DNA of 64,000 nucleotides from Gordius albopunctatus (lineage: Eukaryota). The position numbers were made by a program, and so were the translations under genes. The notes under the pieces were generated by a model. That model searched no databases, was not told where the DNA came from, and saw only the letters and a program-made list of their open reading frames with translations. Positions 12,799 through 25,570 of the stretch are shown here, one piece after another. The number at the start of each line of letters is the position of its first letter. The first letter of the stretch is position 1. The stretch covers positions 6,634,001 to 6,698,000 of the forward strand of contig OZ193909.1 of assembly GCA_964276515.1 (NCBI GenBank), read 5' to 3'.

Positions 12799-15700
12799 AT
12801 GTTGTATCAGGAGAATTATAATCTACCCCCATATAATCAAAATAATAATACCTACCAGGTAGCATTAATTGATGTTGTTATAATAACTTAATTTTAGAAA
12901 ATTATATGCCATCAAAAAAGAATTGAGAACATCCCAATTCCAACATACTATTCAAATTCCAGGAAACCAATATCACAAGTTACAAAAGGAGCATGGACAA
13001 AGGAGGTATCAAATATTTTACTCCCTATATTCATAAATTTAGTCCCTTTAATTACATAAGTCTGTTTAAAATTTTTTATAAATCCTTAAAAATATAATTG
13101 CTTCTTAATCTTAAGTGCAATTTAAAAATTAATTATATATATTCATACTTGTGAAATGTAACTGCTTTTTAAATAAATTTCTTTTACTTAATCTTTAACT
13201 TTTGGTTAAATGTTTTTTCATTTTTAAAGCTTGTATAATATTAATTTTTTTTCTTTTTTATTATTACCAGTAGGGCCAATATATATGTACATAGCATTAT
13301 CAAATCAGAATATTAAAAATTTTTTGGTTGTTCAAAGTTTTATTCAGACATAATTTGACTTCTTTTGCCATAAAATATTTGATATATTCTGTTTTTTGCC
13401 CCTATTCTTTCTGTTATTTAATTTATAGATATTACAAAAAAAACTAATCTTCATTTTATATTTAGTAAAACAATACTCATATGCCAATATCCATTCTTAA
13501 ACCCTCATTATGAACCTAACATTGCATAAATCTCAATGATTTTCATACCATTTAAATTTAATGTTAATTTTACATACTCCTGTTTCATCAATGGTAAAAT
13601 TAGTAATTATAGCTGCAATTATTTAGTCATTTAAAAAATTCAATTTTTAATGTCCTCCTTCCCACCTGCCTCCAGGTGCTATTATTTATAATTTTGTCCG
13701 AAATTATCCACTCAGCCCATTACAAAATTAATATCTGTGTCTGCACATGGGGTGTGTATTGTTCAACTGGCACCTGCCTAAAATTTTCAAATTTCGGTGG
13801 TAACCATTTTAAAATACCGACCAATTTAAAAGCTCTCAGTGAGGAGTCTAAAGGCTTTTGTATGTTTTAGATTAAAGAAAAATAAATTCTGTTACCCTAA
13901 ATCTGGCTAAAGATTGTGCGTCCGCTTTTTTTTATTGGATTCTCGACTCTGCCATTGCAGACGCTTAAAATGGCTTTTCAACCATTTTGATTTTTTAGCA
14001 ACTATCAGTCATTTATTGATGGGAGGGGTAGTTTTTATTTATTTTTAGTTTAAAGAGATGCTTTTTATGTTAAAATTATCGACATTAATACATGTTTTTT
14101 TGGTTAAAGTGGGGGTATTATTTAGGCATATGGAAAATTAAGAGATTCGATTTGTTTTCGATTCCTTATGCGTTAATTTAGAAGGTATATCTAGGTGGTG
14201 AGATTTGAAAACTCGAATGCAATCTTTGATTAAGGATTCTCAACAATATTAGTTTACTTCCATTTTATTTTGAATGGACGAGTCGCATATTATAAATAGC
14301 TGTTTGTATCTTACCACAATTTAGTTATATTTCCCGCTATCTTTAATTTTACAAACACACTGCTAAAGCCCATTTTATTATTATGTGATTTTTTATTAAT
14401 TAAAAGAACCTAAAACAAATTATAATCGAACTTAAATTCCTAAATTTTATTCCATTTAAAAAGTTCTAATTCGATCATTATCAAAACTATTTGATTTGAT
14501 TAGAAATCCAGAAGCCTTTTTATTCTAAACCTTTTATCACTCACTACTCCCTGTTATTATTATACGTTGAAGAGGGTGGCTAGATTGGTTGGACAAACTC
14601 TCATTTCTCCGTTCATACTCCCTCCCTTCTTCTTGCCCTTCCTTTAAAGCGAATCCTCTTCTTGGCTCTACTGCTGCACAATATCTGCCTGCAATCCTCG
14701 TCGTCCCCCATAAATATAAAATTTCTATTTTAATCTCCCCCCCCCCCCTTTACCCCAACACCTGCTGTTTTCTCCGTTTTATCACAATTCATGGGGGGTT
14801 ATACGCTTGCTTGCACGCTCTGCTGTCACATGGCTTTCAAGCGCTGACACAAGTGACACAATGCAAAACGCAAAAATCGTGAAAGAGCAAACAAGTAAAC
14901 AACCTACAATGCGAAATGGAAGGATGGAGGGGGGGTGGGGGGGAAAGGGGACAATAATTGCCTAGTGTTAGTGTGCAGCTATGGACACGCTATATACGAT
15001 AAAACCTGTATTCCAGTCGAGGTCGTAGAACCAAAGATAATATTAAGGCAATTCGATAAATTTACAACACTTTTACAACGACAAGGCCCATTATAGTCCA
15101 TTTTTTTTACCGATTTCACCGGAGGATTTTTTTGAAACAGGTACGTAGATCCCTAGTTGACTTTTTCTTCCAAATTATTTGTCTTTCTTGAATTATTTTA
15201 ATAAAATAAATTTTTCATCTTCATTTTGAGTTAATGTAAAAAACGACTAGGATTTATTTGCAGTATTTTCATTATCTCATGATGTTTTCCCCTCGTTAAT
15301 ATCAATATCGTTTCAAGTTCTTCGCGTCATAAACGTAGCCAGTAGCCACAGACAGCATTGGAATTAGAGGGGGGGGCAATAATGATTTAGGGAGGGCCAA
15401 ATTGATCATTTTTTGAAAGTTTACTCATATTTTTGCATAAATTTCAACAAATTTTTGAATTTGGAGGGGGAAGCCGCCCCATCCCCCTCCCCCCCCCCGG
15501 ATACGCCTTTTTTTAAACATTTCTCGACCATTAAAATGACTAGAGTTGTTAAATTGCTAACTTGCTTCAAACTTCAGACGCAAGCACCCACACTGAGTTG
15601 CTTACTCGAGAGATGGTAGCTGGAGTTGAAGCAAGTTAGCAACTTGACAACTCTAAAAATGACCATAGCATGTTTTTATAAGTTTGGACAGTTTTCCTTT

Positions 15701-18700
15701 CTCCCGTTTTTCACAATTTTATTTTAAGAGGTGTCGGGAGGTTTTATGGATCAAATTAAGGTACAGAGAGAAAATAAACTCGAATGGGCAGTTCTGCCAA
15801 ATATGATCTTTTAATATTTTTATGCCACGGCTTAGATGGTGAAACATAAAACTCCTCCTTATAATTCTATTTGTATAACTCGTTTGATATGGTAAAAAAT
15901 TTGGAGACTATTATATTCAATCCTATAATTTTAAATATATTTTTACTATTTTTTGCTTTGCTACACAGGAAGGAGGTGATATGATTTTGAAAATTTAATT
16001 ATATAATATTTATAGGAGGACGAGGCTATAATAAAACTGGTGCGGATCTTTGGTGCAAAAAAATGGTCTAGAATCGCCAAAAGTCTCGGAGGTCGTATCG
16101 GGAAACAATGCCGGGAGAGGTTAATTTCAAAAAACCTCCATTTTCGTTGCAAAATTTCATTAATTTAACCTCAAAAAAAAGTTTGATAAATTTTTTATGT
16201 TGCACCCAGAGGCTCAATTCAGCTCCCAATTTAATTGGAATATAATTAGTCTCGAAAAACTTGGTCCCACTATATTTAATCGAAATTTTATAAAAACGAA
16301 AATAAGGCGGAATAAAAAGTTTCTTGGCCGTAGCCACAATTGAAGCTGCAAGGGGGGGGCTAATAATGATTTAGGGAAGGGCAAAATGATCATTTTTCGA
16401 AATTTTAGCCATTTTATTAATTTTAACAAATTTTTGACAAGGGGAGGGGGGGGGTCGCCCTTTCCCCCTCCCCCCTTGGTTACGCCCATGTAAAGTATTC
16501 TTCTGGAGATTTTGGACGATGATTCAAAATTTAACTAGATTATATTTTTGCATACAATTAGCGAGAATCGTCTGATTTCGCAAACTGATAACATATTTCT
16601 TATATGTTATACGAAAATTTTTGAATTGAAAGAGGGGTGTAAATGCTATTCCCAAGTGATTTTAACAATCGTTTATATTGCTACCTTAATGTTAAAGATC
16701 ACGCAATTTAGCTAAAAATACACGCATTTTGTCATACAAGGTGGCACAATCACCTGAATCCCAGCATAAAAAAGAGCATTTGGACGGCGGAGGAAGATAC
16801 GATCATTTACAACGCGAGGAAGGTGTTGGGTAATAGATGGGCCCAAATCGCTAAATTATTGCCCGGCAGGTATATTACCACCTCACCTAATTTCTCTTAT
16901 TATTCAAACAGCGACATTCGTAAAAAAATCATCATTTCTTAACGATTTTTATCGATAATTTTCTGAAATATCAGTCCCAGCAATTTTCATGTCCCATGGC
17001 GTTAAATTAGGCCTTTGAAGGCACCTATAGACCAATAATTTAACGTTTTCTAAGTGCTATATATAAGTCCTTAAGATGACTAAATGGCATGGCTAATTCC
17101 TTATTAGTCTACAAATCAAATACTTATGCTGAGAGAAAAAACATTGATGGAATACAATTTTTATAGTCCATTTATCGTATATATTTTGCATAAAATAATC
17201 ATTGTAAATTATGAAATAGTAACAAGTCAATATTATTCTTGGAGTTTTTTTAGAAGGGGGGGGGATTAAAGATATATATTGCCCCGTCCTTCTTAATTGA
17301 TATATGGTTATTGCAAATCATATTGCCAAAACTGTAACAACAGCCCCCCCCCCCAACCTATCGAACTGAGAATTTAATGTTATTGACCAATATATCCCTC
17401 TAATCAAGCTGGCTGGTTGCAAATAAAATTTCCTGAGAGCTCTTGAGATCGAAGAGCGAATGAATTAACTGGGAAAAAGATGAAATATTGAGGTGGGAAA
17501 AATATGTTTTTCTATTTTAGGGCCTATCCCAAAATAAAAAAGCATAGCCGTTTAAAAAAGGATGTTTTTAGCGGGTACATTCTAGATAAAATCTGTTTAT
17601 ATCTCTCCCACACCTAAAAATATTGTGATTAGATCCTTTGGATATTTTATTGCATTATTTTTGATCTCTATAATGGACATTTAAATAAAAAACTAAAGAT
17701 TAAGTTAATATATCATATTCCGCATTAAATATCATAAATTCTTTATATCAAGAACCGATAATGGGATCAAAAATCATTGGAACGCCACGTTGAAAAAAAA
17801 GTACGGAGATCCATTTGGGGATATGGAGGTCGAGGGCTTTAGCAACAAGACAAACCATAATGCAACGCGAAATTACCCTAAAGCTGGCAATAAAATTCCC
17901 TTTACCTCTTCCCTAAGCCTCAACATGAACCCTTCGAGCCGGCCCGTCTTCAGGGTAATTGACTCGAGCGCTTTTTTGCAGAATGCTACATTTCTGGGTC
18001 TTGAGAGCTAGCCGTGGAAGTGTCTGAAATCGCTGAATGATTTTGAATGATTCTTGTGGCATTAAACTTAGTCTTTAGTTAAAGGGAAATGGTATGAAAA
18101 AGTTATACCACATTGATAAAAGTCTACCATAGTATTTCCAATTAATAACAACTTTTTGGGGTTTATTTTCGGTGAAATGTTGTCAAGATCCAAGTTTTTA
18201 AACTATTAAATTGGTTAGACTTTAGCACACCGAATTTGGTTTAAGAATTCAGAAAAGTTGTTTTCAAGGTTTTTAAAATTAAGAATGGTCCTCGAGTAAG
18301 TAGGACAATTTAAAATAATATATTTTATATGTAATTAATCAAAAAATATTTTATTTTTCGGGCATTTGAGTGTGTATATGTTCATTATGATAGGATATGA
18401 CCAATTTGAATCGTAACTTGGACCATCCACCATACCAAATGCAAGGTTACCCGCAATATGGTAAGGTTACTAATAGATGGACTATTAATTTTTCAACAAT
18501 TTGCATTAATTTGCTCAATTTTTTTTGCTAGTTATTAGGTTTTTGTTAATAAATAGTAAAGTTGGATTTATTAAATACGTAAAAATAGTGAATATCGATA
18601 GATTCTTTATTAAGAATTCGTATATTTTTTAAAAAAACGTGCTTTTACACTTTCGCGGACTTACCACTGGACAACGTTCATTTTTCTGCTGGGCACATAA

Positions 18701-21700
18701 CTAAGTTTCCTCTAGTTTATAAATATCGAATGGTCGATATCTGTACTGCTCACAATATTTTATATGATATTGCACTATTCAAAGACATTTTGTTGTGAAT
18801 CTCGCTTTCAGAACAACCCAAGAATCTCTCTAACCCCCACCGACCCTGCATCGGAGGATTAATCCCATATCCAACGCACACATCACGATCGAGTTACCTT
18901 AGCCTGTCGAGCAATCAACACCTCAATAAACCTCGCACGACTCCTGCTGCTCTCAACGAACGACCTCACCTGAGAGCGGGATATTTGGAGAATCTCAGCT
19001 TTCAAAAGCCCATTCGCGTCACCTTACCATCTACGATAACCGTTGGCCAAGGTATAAATATCCTCATTTTGATCGGACGCTTCTATTAGGGGAAAAAACG
19101 ATATCATCTATATACAAGGTTTTTCTTAAATTTGGAACTTTTAACTTTTTCCCGCATACAACGAACGGGCAAGGGTTCATTCATAGCTTCGAAAGGAATA
19201 GCTCTTTCTCCCCCCCCCCTACTTACGGTATACGACAACTGTTGGCCAGGTTACATTTTGATGGGGCCGGCCCTCTTATCAGGAGAAACAAAGATATTTG
19301 TATGCAGGGGTGTTCCATATTTTTGCACTTTTAAACCATTTCCCCGCACACTAGGGGAGAGAAAAAGAGTGATCGATCAAAGCTTTTGAAAAGGATGTTT
19401 CTTGTTATATTTGACCCTGAACTTTTACTTATAAACGGTAATTTTTGTTGATTTTTTGGCCAAATTATACTTGATTCTCTTCGTTATATTAGTGTCCATA
19501 ATTTTTAATGTTAAAATTGCAATTGAATGTCCGAGATTTATTTCGCCAAACATATCATATTGAGTAACATGTAAGACTCGTTTATATAGAAGAGAAATCG
19601 GTTATCAAGGAGGAGGGACGTCGCTTACTCACAGACAACCACCTCGACCGTGTCCAGTATGGAGCAGCCCCTTCCGCCACAACCATTTTGGGCGGCACAA
19701 CGTTAGTTTTTATTTTTTTATTAAATTGATGCATATCTGGGTTCTTCCTAGTAAGCCTATAAGAATAAAGGACGTTTAGTTTTAACTTATAAAAACTCCT
19801 TGAGTGTTTCTGATTGCATAACAGCGAACCTTAAGCACTTTTATATAGAGGCTTCTAGACATAATGTTTTACATCGCTTTCTCTCGTTTCCATATAAACA
19901 AATTTTCAATAACAAAAATCTATAAAATATTGACGAATAATTTAACAGATGTGTTTTATTATACCAAATTTAATTTTTCCAAATTATTAAAAACTTCTTT
20001 GGCTCAGGCACCAACCGACGCCACCTAAATGCCCGGATTTAAGGCCCAACCTCAGTTGGTCTTCAAGTGAGAAAAAACGAAATTATCATTTAAATTTGTA
20101 ATATAAAATACATCCACTTATGTGAGTGCTTATTTTTTTAACTAGCGATTTACAAATTTGGTACTCATGGCATATCCGAAGTCAAGAATTCATCCTTCAA
20201 TTCCCTCAACGACTCTAATTACGGCGATTCAATATACTCGGTAATTCTTGAGATGTTTCGGGCCTGCAAGTTTGTTTTTCAAACGCTCGAATTAGTTTCG
20301 CGTTTAATCGTTGTGTAAGCTTGGCTTTTAGTGAAAACTTGGGTGATGTTAAGCTTTACATTGATGGTAATTGGGGACAATCCAAATCTTGCGCAGATTT
20401 TGGATAAATATGTAATTATGGTAATCGTCATTTTGGGCTTTGACAAAGACTGTGACTGCAGCCATATCCAATACTTTAGGATAAATAGCGCACATATATT
20501 TTAATCCCTAGCGACTTATTTATATCATGCCCTCATTTCAAAGATAACAAACCCTTTCTCTAATATGTTGCAAGTTGACCAACTTTTTTTTGGTGGATTG
20601 TCGTTTAATTTATAAAATTAAATTAACCACAGAATAGAACATCGGGTAAAGATTTGTGATTGCATAATAAATGCAAAACAGTTTTTAAGGGTTACAATGA
20701 TTTATAGGAAGTTCTTAATAAGTTAACAATATACCCTATTAATGTGTGCCGTATAGAGGATTTATTAAATACTAATTACCAACTTGAAACGAGCATAAAT
20801 ACTTTTGCATAAATCACTGCGGTAATGAAGACTATTTCCTCAAAATTTCTGCCACCAAACTTGTTGATATGCAAGTTTTATTGTAATTCAAAATGCATAT
20901 AATATACGTATCATACAATATTATATGCATTATTAGGACGGTCTATCGCCCATAACATCCACCACTACCGCCACCATTAGTAGGCCTGTGCCCTACGCGC
21001 CTAAAACTCCCCGAGCTTTCAATACACCCATAAAGACACTACCCTTCTCACCCTCCCAATTTTTGAACAGTCCGACCTTGCTTGAAGAACATCATCGAAC
21101 ACAACAAAATTATGCTCACGTCGGGTTATCCGGGAATAAATGTCAAGGTCCATCAAGGCTTTACTCTCAAGGTAGGAGGAATTTAGTTAATTCCCCTGCC
21201 TATAACTTTGCCCAAGTGTTTTTACAATTTTTAGCTAATCTCGGTTAATAATCTATACGCTAGTGTTGTAAAAACGGCTGGGTTTTGTTGTGTCGAACTT
21301 TGGTTTTACTGGACTTAACATAAGCAAACCATAAATTTTGGTCGCTTTCGCTTAGTCGCATAAATAGACCAAAGCTTTTTTGGTGAAATCTTAGGCGTGA
21401 TCTAGCCGTTTTTAAAACACTAGCGTATACGCGGTGTAACTCGAGAGCGAGAAAGAACCCTTTTTTATTTAGTTTCGCCTAGGACTCGACCAATAAACAA
21501 CTTATTTTACATGTTTCAAATAGTACAAGTAATAATCCATGTTTATAATATTACGGCTATAAAAGTTCTAATTCTTACTTTTGCTCATAACCAAGGTCCA
21601 TCCGTTGGTAAAAATCAACTTAATACTCCGGGCACGAGTAAAAACCACGATGGATGCCCCACTCAAAAGGCTAGAATTTCTGGATGTCGTACGCCTTTGG

Positions 21701-24426
21701 ATAAAATTCTGAGTTGCGGAGATTCCGGTTATTTCAACGCCGAAGCACATAAGACTCCTTCTACAAGAAATTTAGCTCAATCTACGGGGAGGGACTCGAT
21801 AACTCAAAGGGGCCATGATCCGGACGGACTGCCTTTTAGGAGCAGTCGCCCTTATACACCCAAAACCCCGACCCCCTTGAAGAAAGTTTTTGCTTCACTC
21901 ATGGAGGAAAATCACCGAAGATCGGCGTCGCCTTACCACAATGTAATTTTATCCGTTGGGATTTCTTTTCTGTCTTTATTAGCTGGAAATCTAGTTTTTT
22001 TGTTGCTAGTAACGAATTTCTATCAAGTTAATTTAACCTGTGTACGATGGAGTATTGATTGCATTTAATTTACCCTTTCTGGATTTTACAAAATTTGTCA
22101 TATTTCGCGTGACAAAATAGTTTTAAAATTGAGCGGGATATGTAATGCTAATGGTTAGTGGAGGTGGCTACGTTATTTTAAAAATCCGTTCAAGCAATGC
22201 GCGAAATCAACTAATAATTCTTGAGTTTGCATTAAGTAGCTTAACCAAATTATACGAATTAATTAATCTTTAGAAAGTTGATGTGGATATTTCACTTAAC
22301 TTGAATTATCCATACAAATAATGATTACCCTTAATGAAACAGAATAGTAATGGTCGGGACTTAGAGATAGCAATAAAAAATCCTGGCTTCAAAGGAGAAA
22401 AAAACGATACAAAAGAAAGCACAAATTAAAACTGTTATTAATATCATAAATAGTTATAGTAATAATATAAAAACGATATTATCCACGCTATATATTGGAT
22501 ATCTTAAATTCTTAATCTTAAAATTGTCGCGTATATAGCCAATGACCACTTTGGACGACATATGCGAATTGGTGAATTTTAGCCAAACCAATATCGATAA
22601 TATGGATGAAAACAGTTTGCCCGCTCCGCAACACGATAATACTTTGATAACGTTTGCCGGTTTGGAGGAATTCAGCAAGGGCAACCCTAAAATTGTAATT
22701 CCCAATTTTTCTCCCTGGAAAGATGGATTTTTAATCAAATTTTGAGTCCTAAAATCTGTATTACACTTAATTAGTTTTTATCGTAATCGATTAAATTCAA
22801 CAAATAGGAAAATGTTTTATCTCCTATCTTAATCTTTTTTTACCACGAGTTTCTAAGCAAATCTTGATATTTTTGTTGTAACAGAAGCAGTTTGTAGACA
22901 ATAGTGTTTTAACAATCTCAATCCATGACTCTATGGCCACTTTAATCAAAATTTTCGCTGCCTATTTTTGTATATTTATATTTTAGCATTTTGTAAAAAC
23001 GTGTAGGAAAATGTTTAACTTTTTTTTAATATGTCTTTATTACGTACTTTTTTATGGCAATATATTTTCACATTGAATCTAACATTTTTTTACCCGTACC
23101 ACGTTAGACGAATTCCACACCCTTGGACCTCAAGCACGATCACTGGCTGATGAGCAACAAAAAACGCAAAACTACTTTGGCGCTTGACCAAACGCCCACG
23201 CAACCGTCTCGCCCAAGTAGTTCAGCATCGGGTCAAGATGCTTACAAAAGGATAAGGTGGAACTCGGACCAAAACATCTCCGCGGCCCCAGATAATTCCC
23301 AGGGTCGAATTATCACAGCTAAAACACAAAAAACTAGCGAAATAATCACTTCTGTAGCTACTCATTTGTCCAAATACGAAACCCCGGTACATAATTGCAC
23401 TTGTCATTTATTTGGCTTAGGCAGCCAGAGGTGTTAGTTGTTGCTATTTTATGCGAGCAATTTACGTTTAGCCCGTAGAGCAGGGTTTCTCTCGAAAAAT
23501 AGTTTAAAATAAAAAAATTGCCCTCGACGTCTTTTTAAATCCGAGACCGATTTTAATCTTGCAAAGTTGAGAATTTGATCATTTTATTTCATTTTTAACG
23601 ATGATTTACACTTAAATCGTCAATGAAATTTCCCAAACTTTTAGAGCAAGTCTTTGATGACCGAAGACCTCTCAATCCTCTTTTCACCTATACCCTCGAA
23701 TCAGCGTTCAGCGCAAAAGGCCCCTATCTCTACTACTATGACCAGTGAAACCAATCGTCAAAAATTGGTTTTATTGAAGCCTGGTAGGGGCGAATCAGTT
23801 GCAAGTACATGGGGAAAGCCTAAAGCGCTTAAGAGAGTCAATTTTGGTGTGGAAAGGAAGGACCCTAAAACGCTAGACAATGATCATGCAGGGATTGATA
23901 CCGTTAGTGCTTCTTTAAAATCCGAAGTACCTGAAATAAACGCAGACCTGCTTAAGCGCGCATACGTATTTAACCACGTAAAATAAGAATTCTTTATTTG
24001 TCATGTTATTTCATTTTGTGAATAAGATTTTTATTGGTACTTTAATTTGTTTTATTCATCTACACAATATATGTATCTTATAGCAATTAATAAACTTGTT
24101 TACATCGAATTTTTATAAATTAAATTTTTTCAGAAAATTCTATTTAAAACTATTTATGTTATAAAAATTCTCTCTGTTTTTAAATACTTTTCAAGGCGTT
24201 ATTCATTTTATTTCAGCAGAAATCTAATCGTTCCCATCATAGTGGGAAACGCCATAGCCAGCAATCGCCATTACAATTAAACGTGCCTATAAGTAGTGCA
24301 TCAGGACAAAGCATAAAATTAAACGAATGGGAAATAATAGCTTTTGGATTCACGCCCAATCATTTGGAAATGGCCCAACGGGCTCGATGTTTTTTATCTA
24401 ACTTCGTGAAAATGGAAAAATTATGA
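12799..24426 (+). CDS. Myb: Myb transcription factor (B-Myb/Dm-Myb type), about 911 aa, 16 exons: 12799-12858, 12898-13005, 16016-16119, 16741-16869, 17753-17954, 18394-18460, 18812-19051, 19590-19701, 20008-20066, 20146-20240, 20937-21171, 21596-21942, 22539-22694, 23108-23386, 23645-23977, 24217-24426
   Basis: All junctions are GT-AG and in phase. R2-R3: KGAWTKEEDEAIIKLVRIFGAKKWSRIAKSLGGRIGKQCRERWHNHLNP...WTAEED...[25 protein letters not shown]. Conserved region: TPIKTLPFSPSQFLN and PKTPTPLKK. C-terminal WEIIAFGFTPNHLEMAQRARCFL matches the MuvB-binding motif. In-frame TGA just upstream of ATG 12799. Confidence 0.93.
15328..15508. mobile_element. Degenerate copy of the CATGGGCGTA-TIR MITE family
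   Basis: Shares GGAATTAGAGGGGGGGGCAATAATGATTTAGGGA and a ...TACGCC end with the copies at 16323, 28629 and 35407. Confidence 0.6.
15541..15655. mobile_element. hAT-type MITE, same family as 9513-9715 (opposite orientation, shorter)
   Basis: TIR TAGAGTTGTTAAATTGCTAACTTG...CAAGTTAGCAACTTGACAACTCTA with 8-bp TSD AAAATGAC. Confidence 0.9.
16323..16490. mobile_element. CATGGGCGTA-TIR hAT-like MITE copy
   Basis: Ends ...TTACGCCCATG; internal poly-G/poly-C blocks shared with the family. Confidence 0.7.
21254..21429. mobile_element. MITE-like inverted-repeat element in a Myb intron
   Basis: TATACGCTAGTGTTGTAAAAACGGCT ... AGCCGTTTTTAAAACACTAGCGTATA; a related partial copy ends at about 2662 (TTTTTACAACACTAG). 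Confidence 0.7.
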
Positions 24427-24921
24427 TTTGCTTTTTCAAGTGTTCACGTCATAGAGTTTGTATTGCTCGCTTATATTTCCTTATTTTGCCCCCTTTTTTA
24501 CACGTTTGAACGTATTATTATTAAATGCTCGTTATGTGTAATATATGCTTAAATAGTAATATATAATCTCCAGTTTTACAAGCAAAATTTTTATATCCGC
24601 TATAATTTTTAATTATATTATTTATAGCTTTAACATTTATTTGTATCTATGTGCGAGTATCATATCTATGTATTTATACCTACATCATCTATATTGTGTA
24701 TGTGATATTAAAATGAAAACCGATTCATAAACATAAATTGCATAGCAATTAAAACAACAAATGTTTGGTATAAGCCTTTTTTATCAATCTAGCGTCATTT
24801 AATACATTAATAGTTTTGGCGTGTTGTTAATTTAAGCAATTTTCGGTAAAATTTGTTCCCCTGAAATTATGCTAAAACCAATATTATCAATGGTATTAAC
24901 AAGAACATTATATTAATTTAA

Positions 24922-24995
24922 AAAAAATTGCCCTCGCCGGCATTCGAACCCACATCAGTAAGGCATAAGCCTTTGTAGTGGCACAGGGAGTCCGT
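24922..24995 (-). repeat. tRNA-derived repeat fragment, homolog of 7745-7830
   Basis: Reverse complement reads ...TACTGATGTGGGTTCGAATGCCGGCGAGGGCAATTTTTTT. Confidence 0.45.
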
Positions 24996-25112
24996 CCGTC
25001 CAACAAAAAGCGAGCCCATAAATTGCATAGCAATTAATACAATGATTTAATTAGCACTAATTTTTTCTCGTCATTTATTCATAAAATTTTACTAAGGCTA
25101 AATAAACCTTGC

Positions 25113-25570
25113 ATAGAGTTTCCAATTACATTTCTAAGTGAGGTTTAACAGGGGTCACTTGTTAGAAGAAATAAAAACCAGTTTAAGATTAATGATTTTT
25201 TAACATAAACACTTTAAACCCTTAAATTGATGACTATTTTAATATTAACAAACAGGTTGCATCAAAAAGCTGCAATATAAAAAGATATTTTTGAAAAGGG
25301 TCCAGGCCAGTCCCTTGCCTGTATTTAAACTTAACGGCCCCAAGCCAAGAGTCGGCTTCTAAATTTTTTCTAATAGTGGCCCACGTGCCTATCTTTAATT
25401 CAAACAATGGCTCTGGCCGAGTTATACACAGAATCTGAAAGGAGCTCTTTGCAAATTGCGTCATTGGAAAAAAGAGCATAGGCAAAATTTGGCCACATAA
25501 GTAAAAAAATCTAACCTTTTATGCTTTTTTCAAGTAAAAACGGATATTATGAATAATTCTTATTAAAAAC
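25113..25570 (+). repeat. Diverged direct repeat, partner of 10890-11920
   Basis: The same collinear blocks, without the 11029-11506 insert. Confidence 0.65.

Noticed and set aside
13600..13990. Nested antisense gene in Myb intron 2
   Set aside because: Somewhat GC-richer, but the minus-strand frames I read stop quickly and no coherent exon chain was found.
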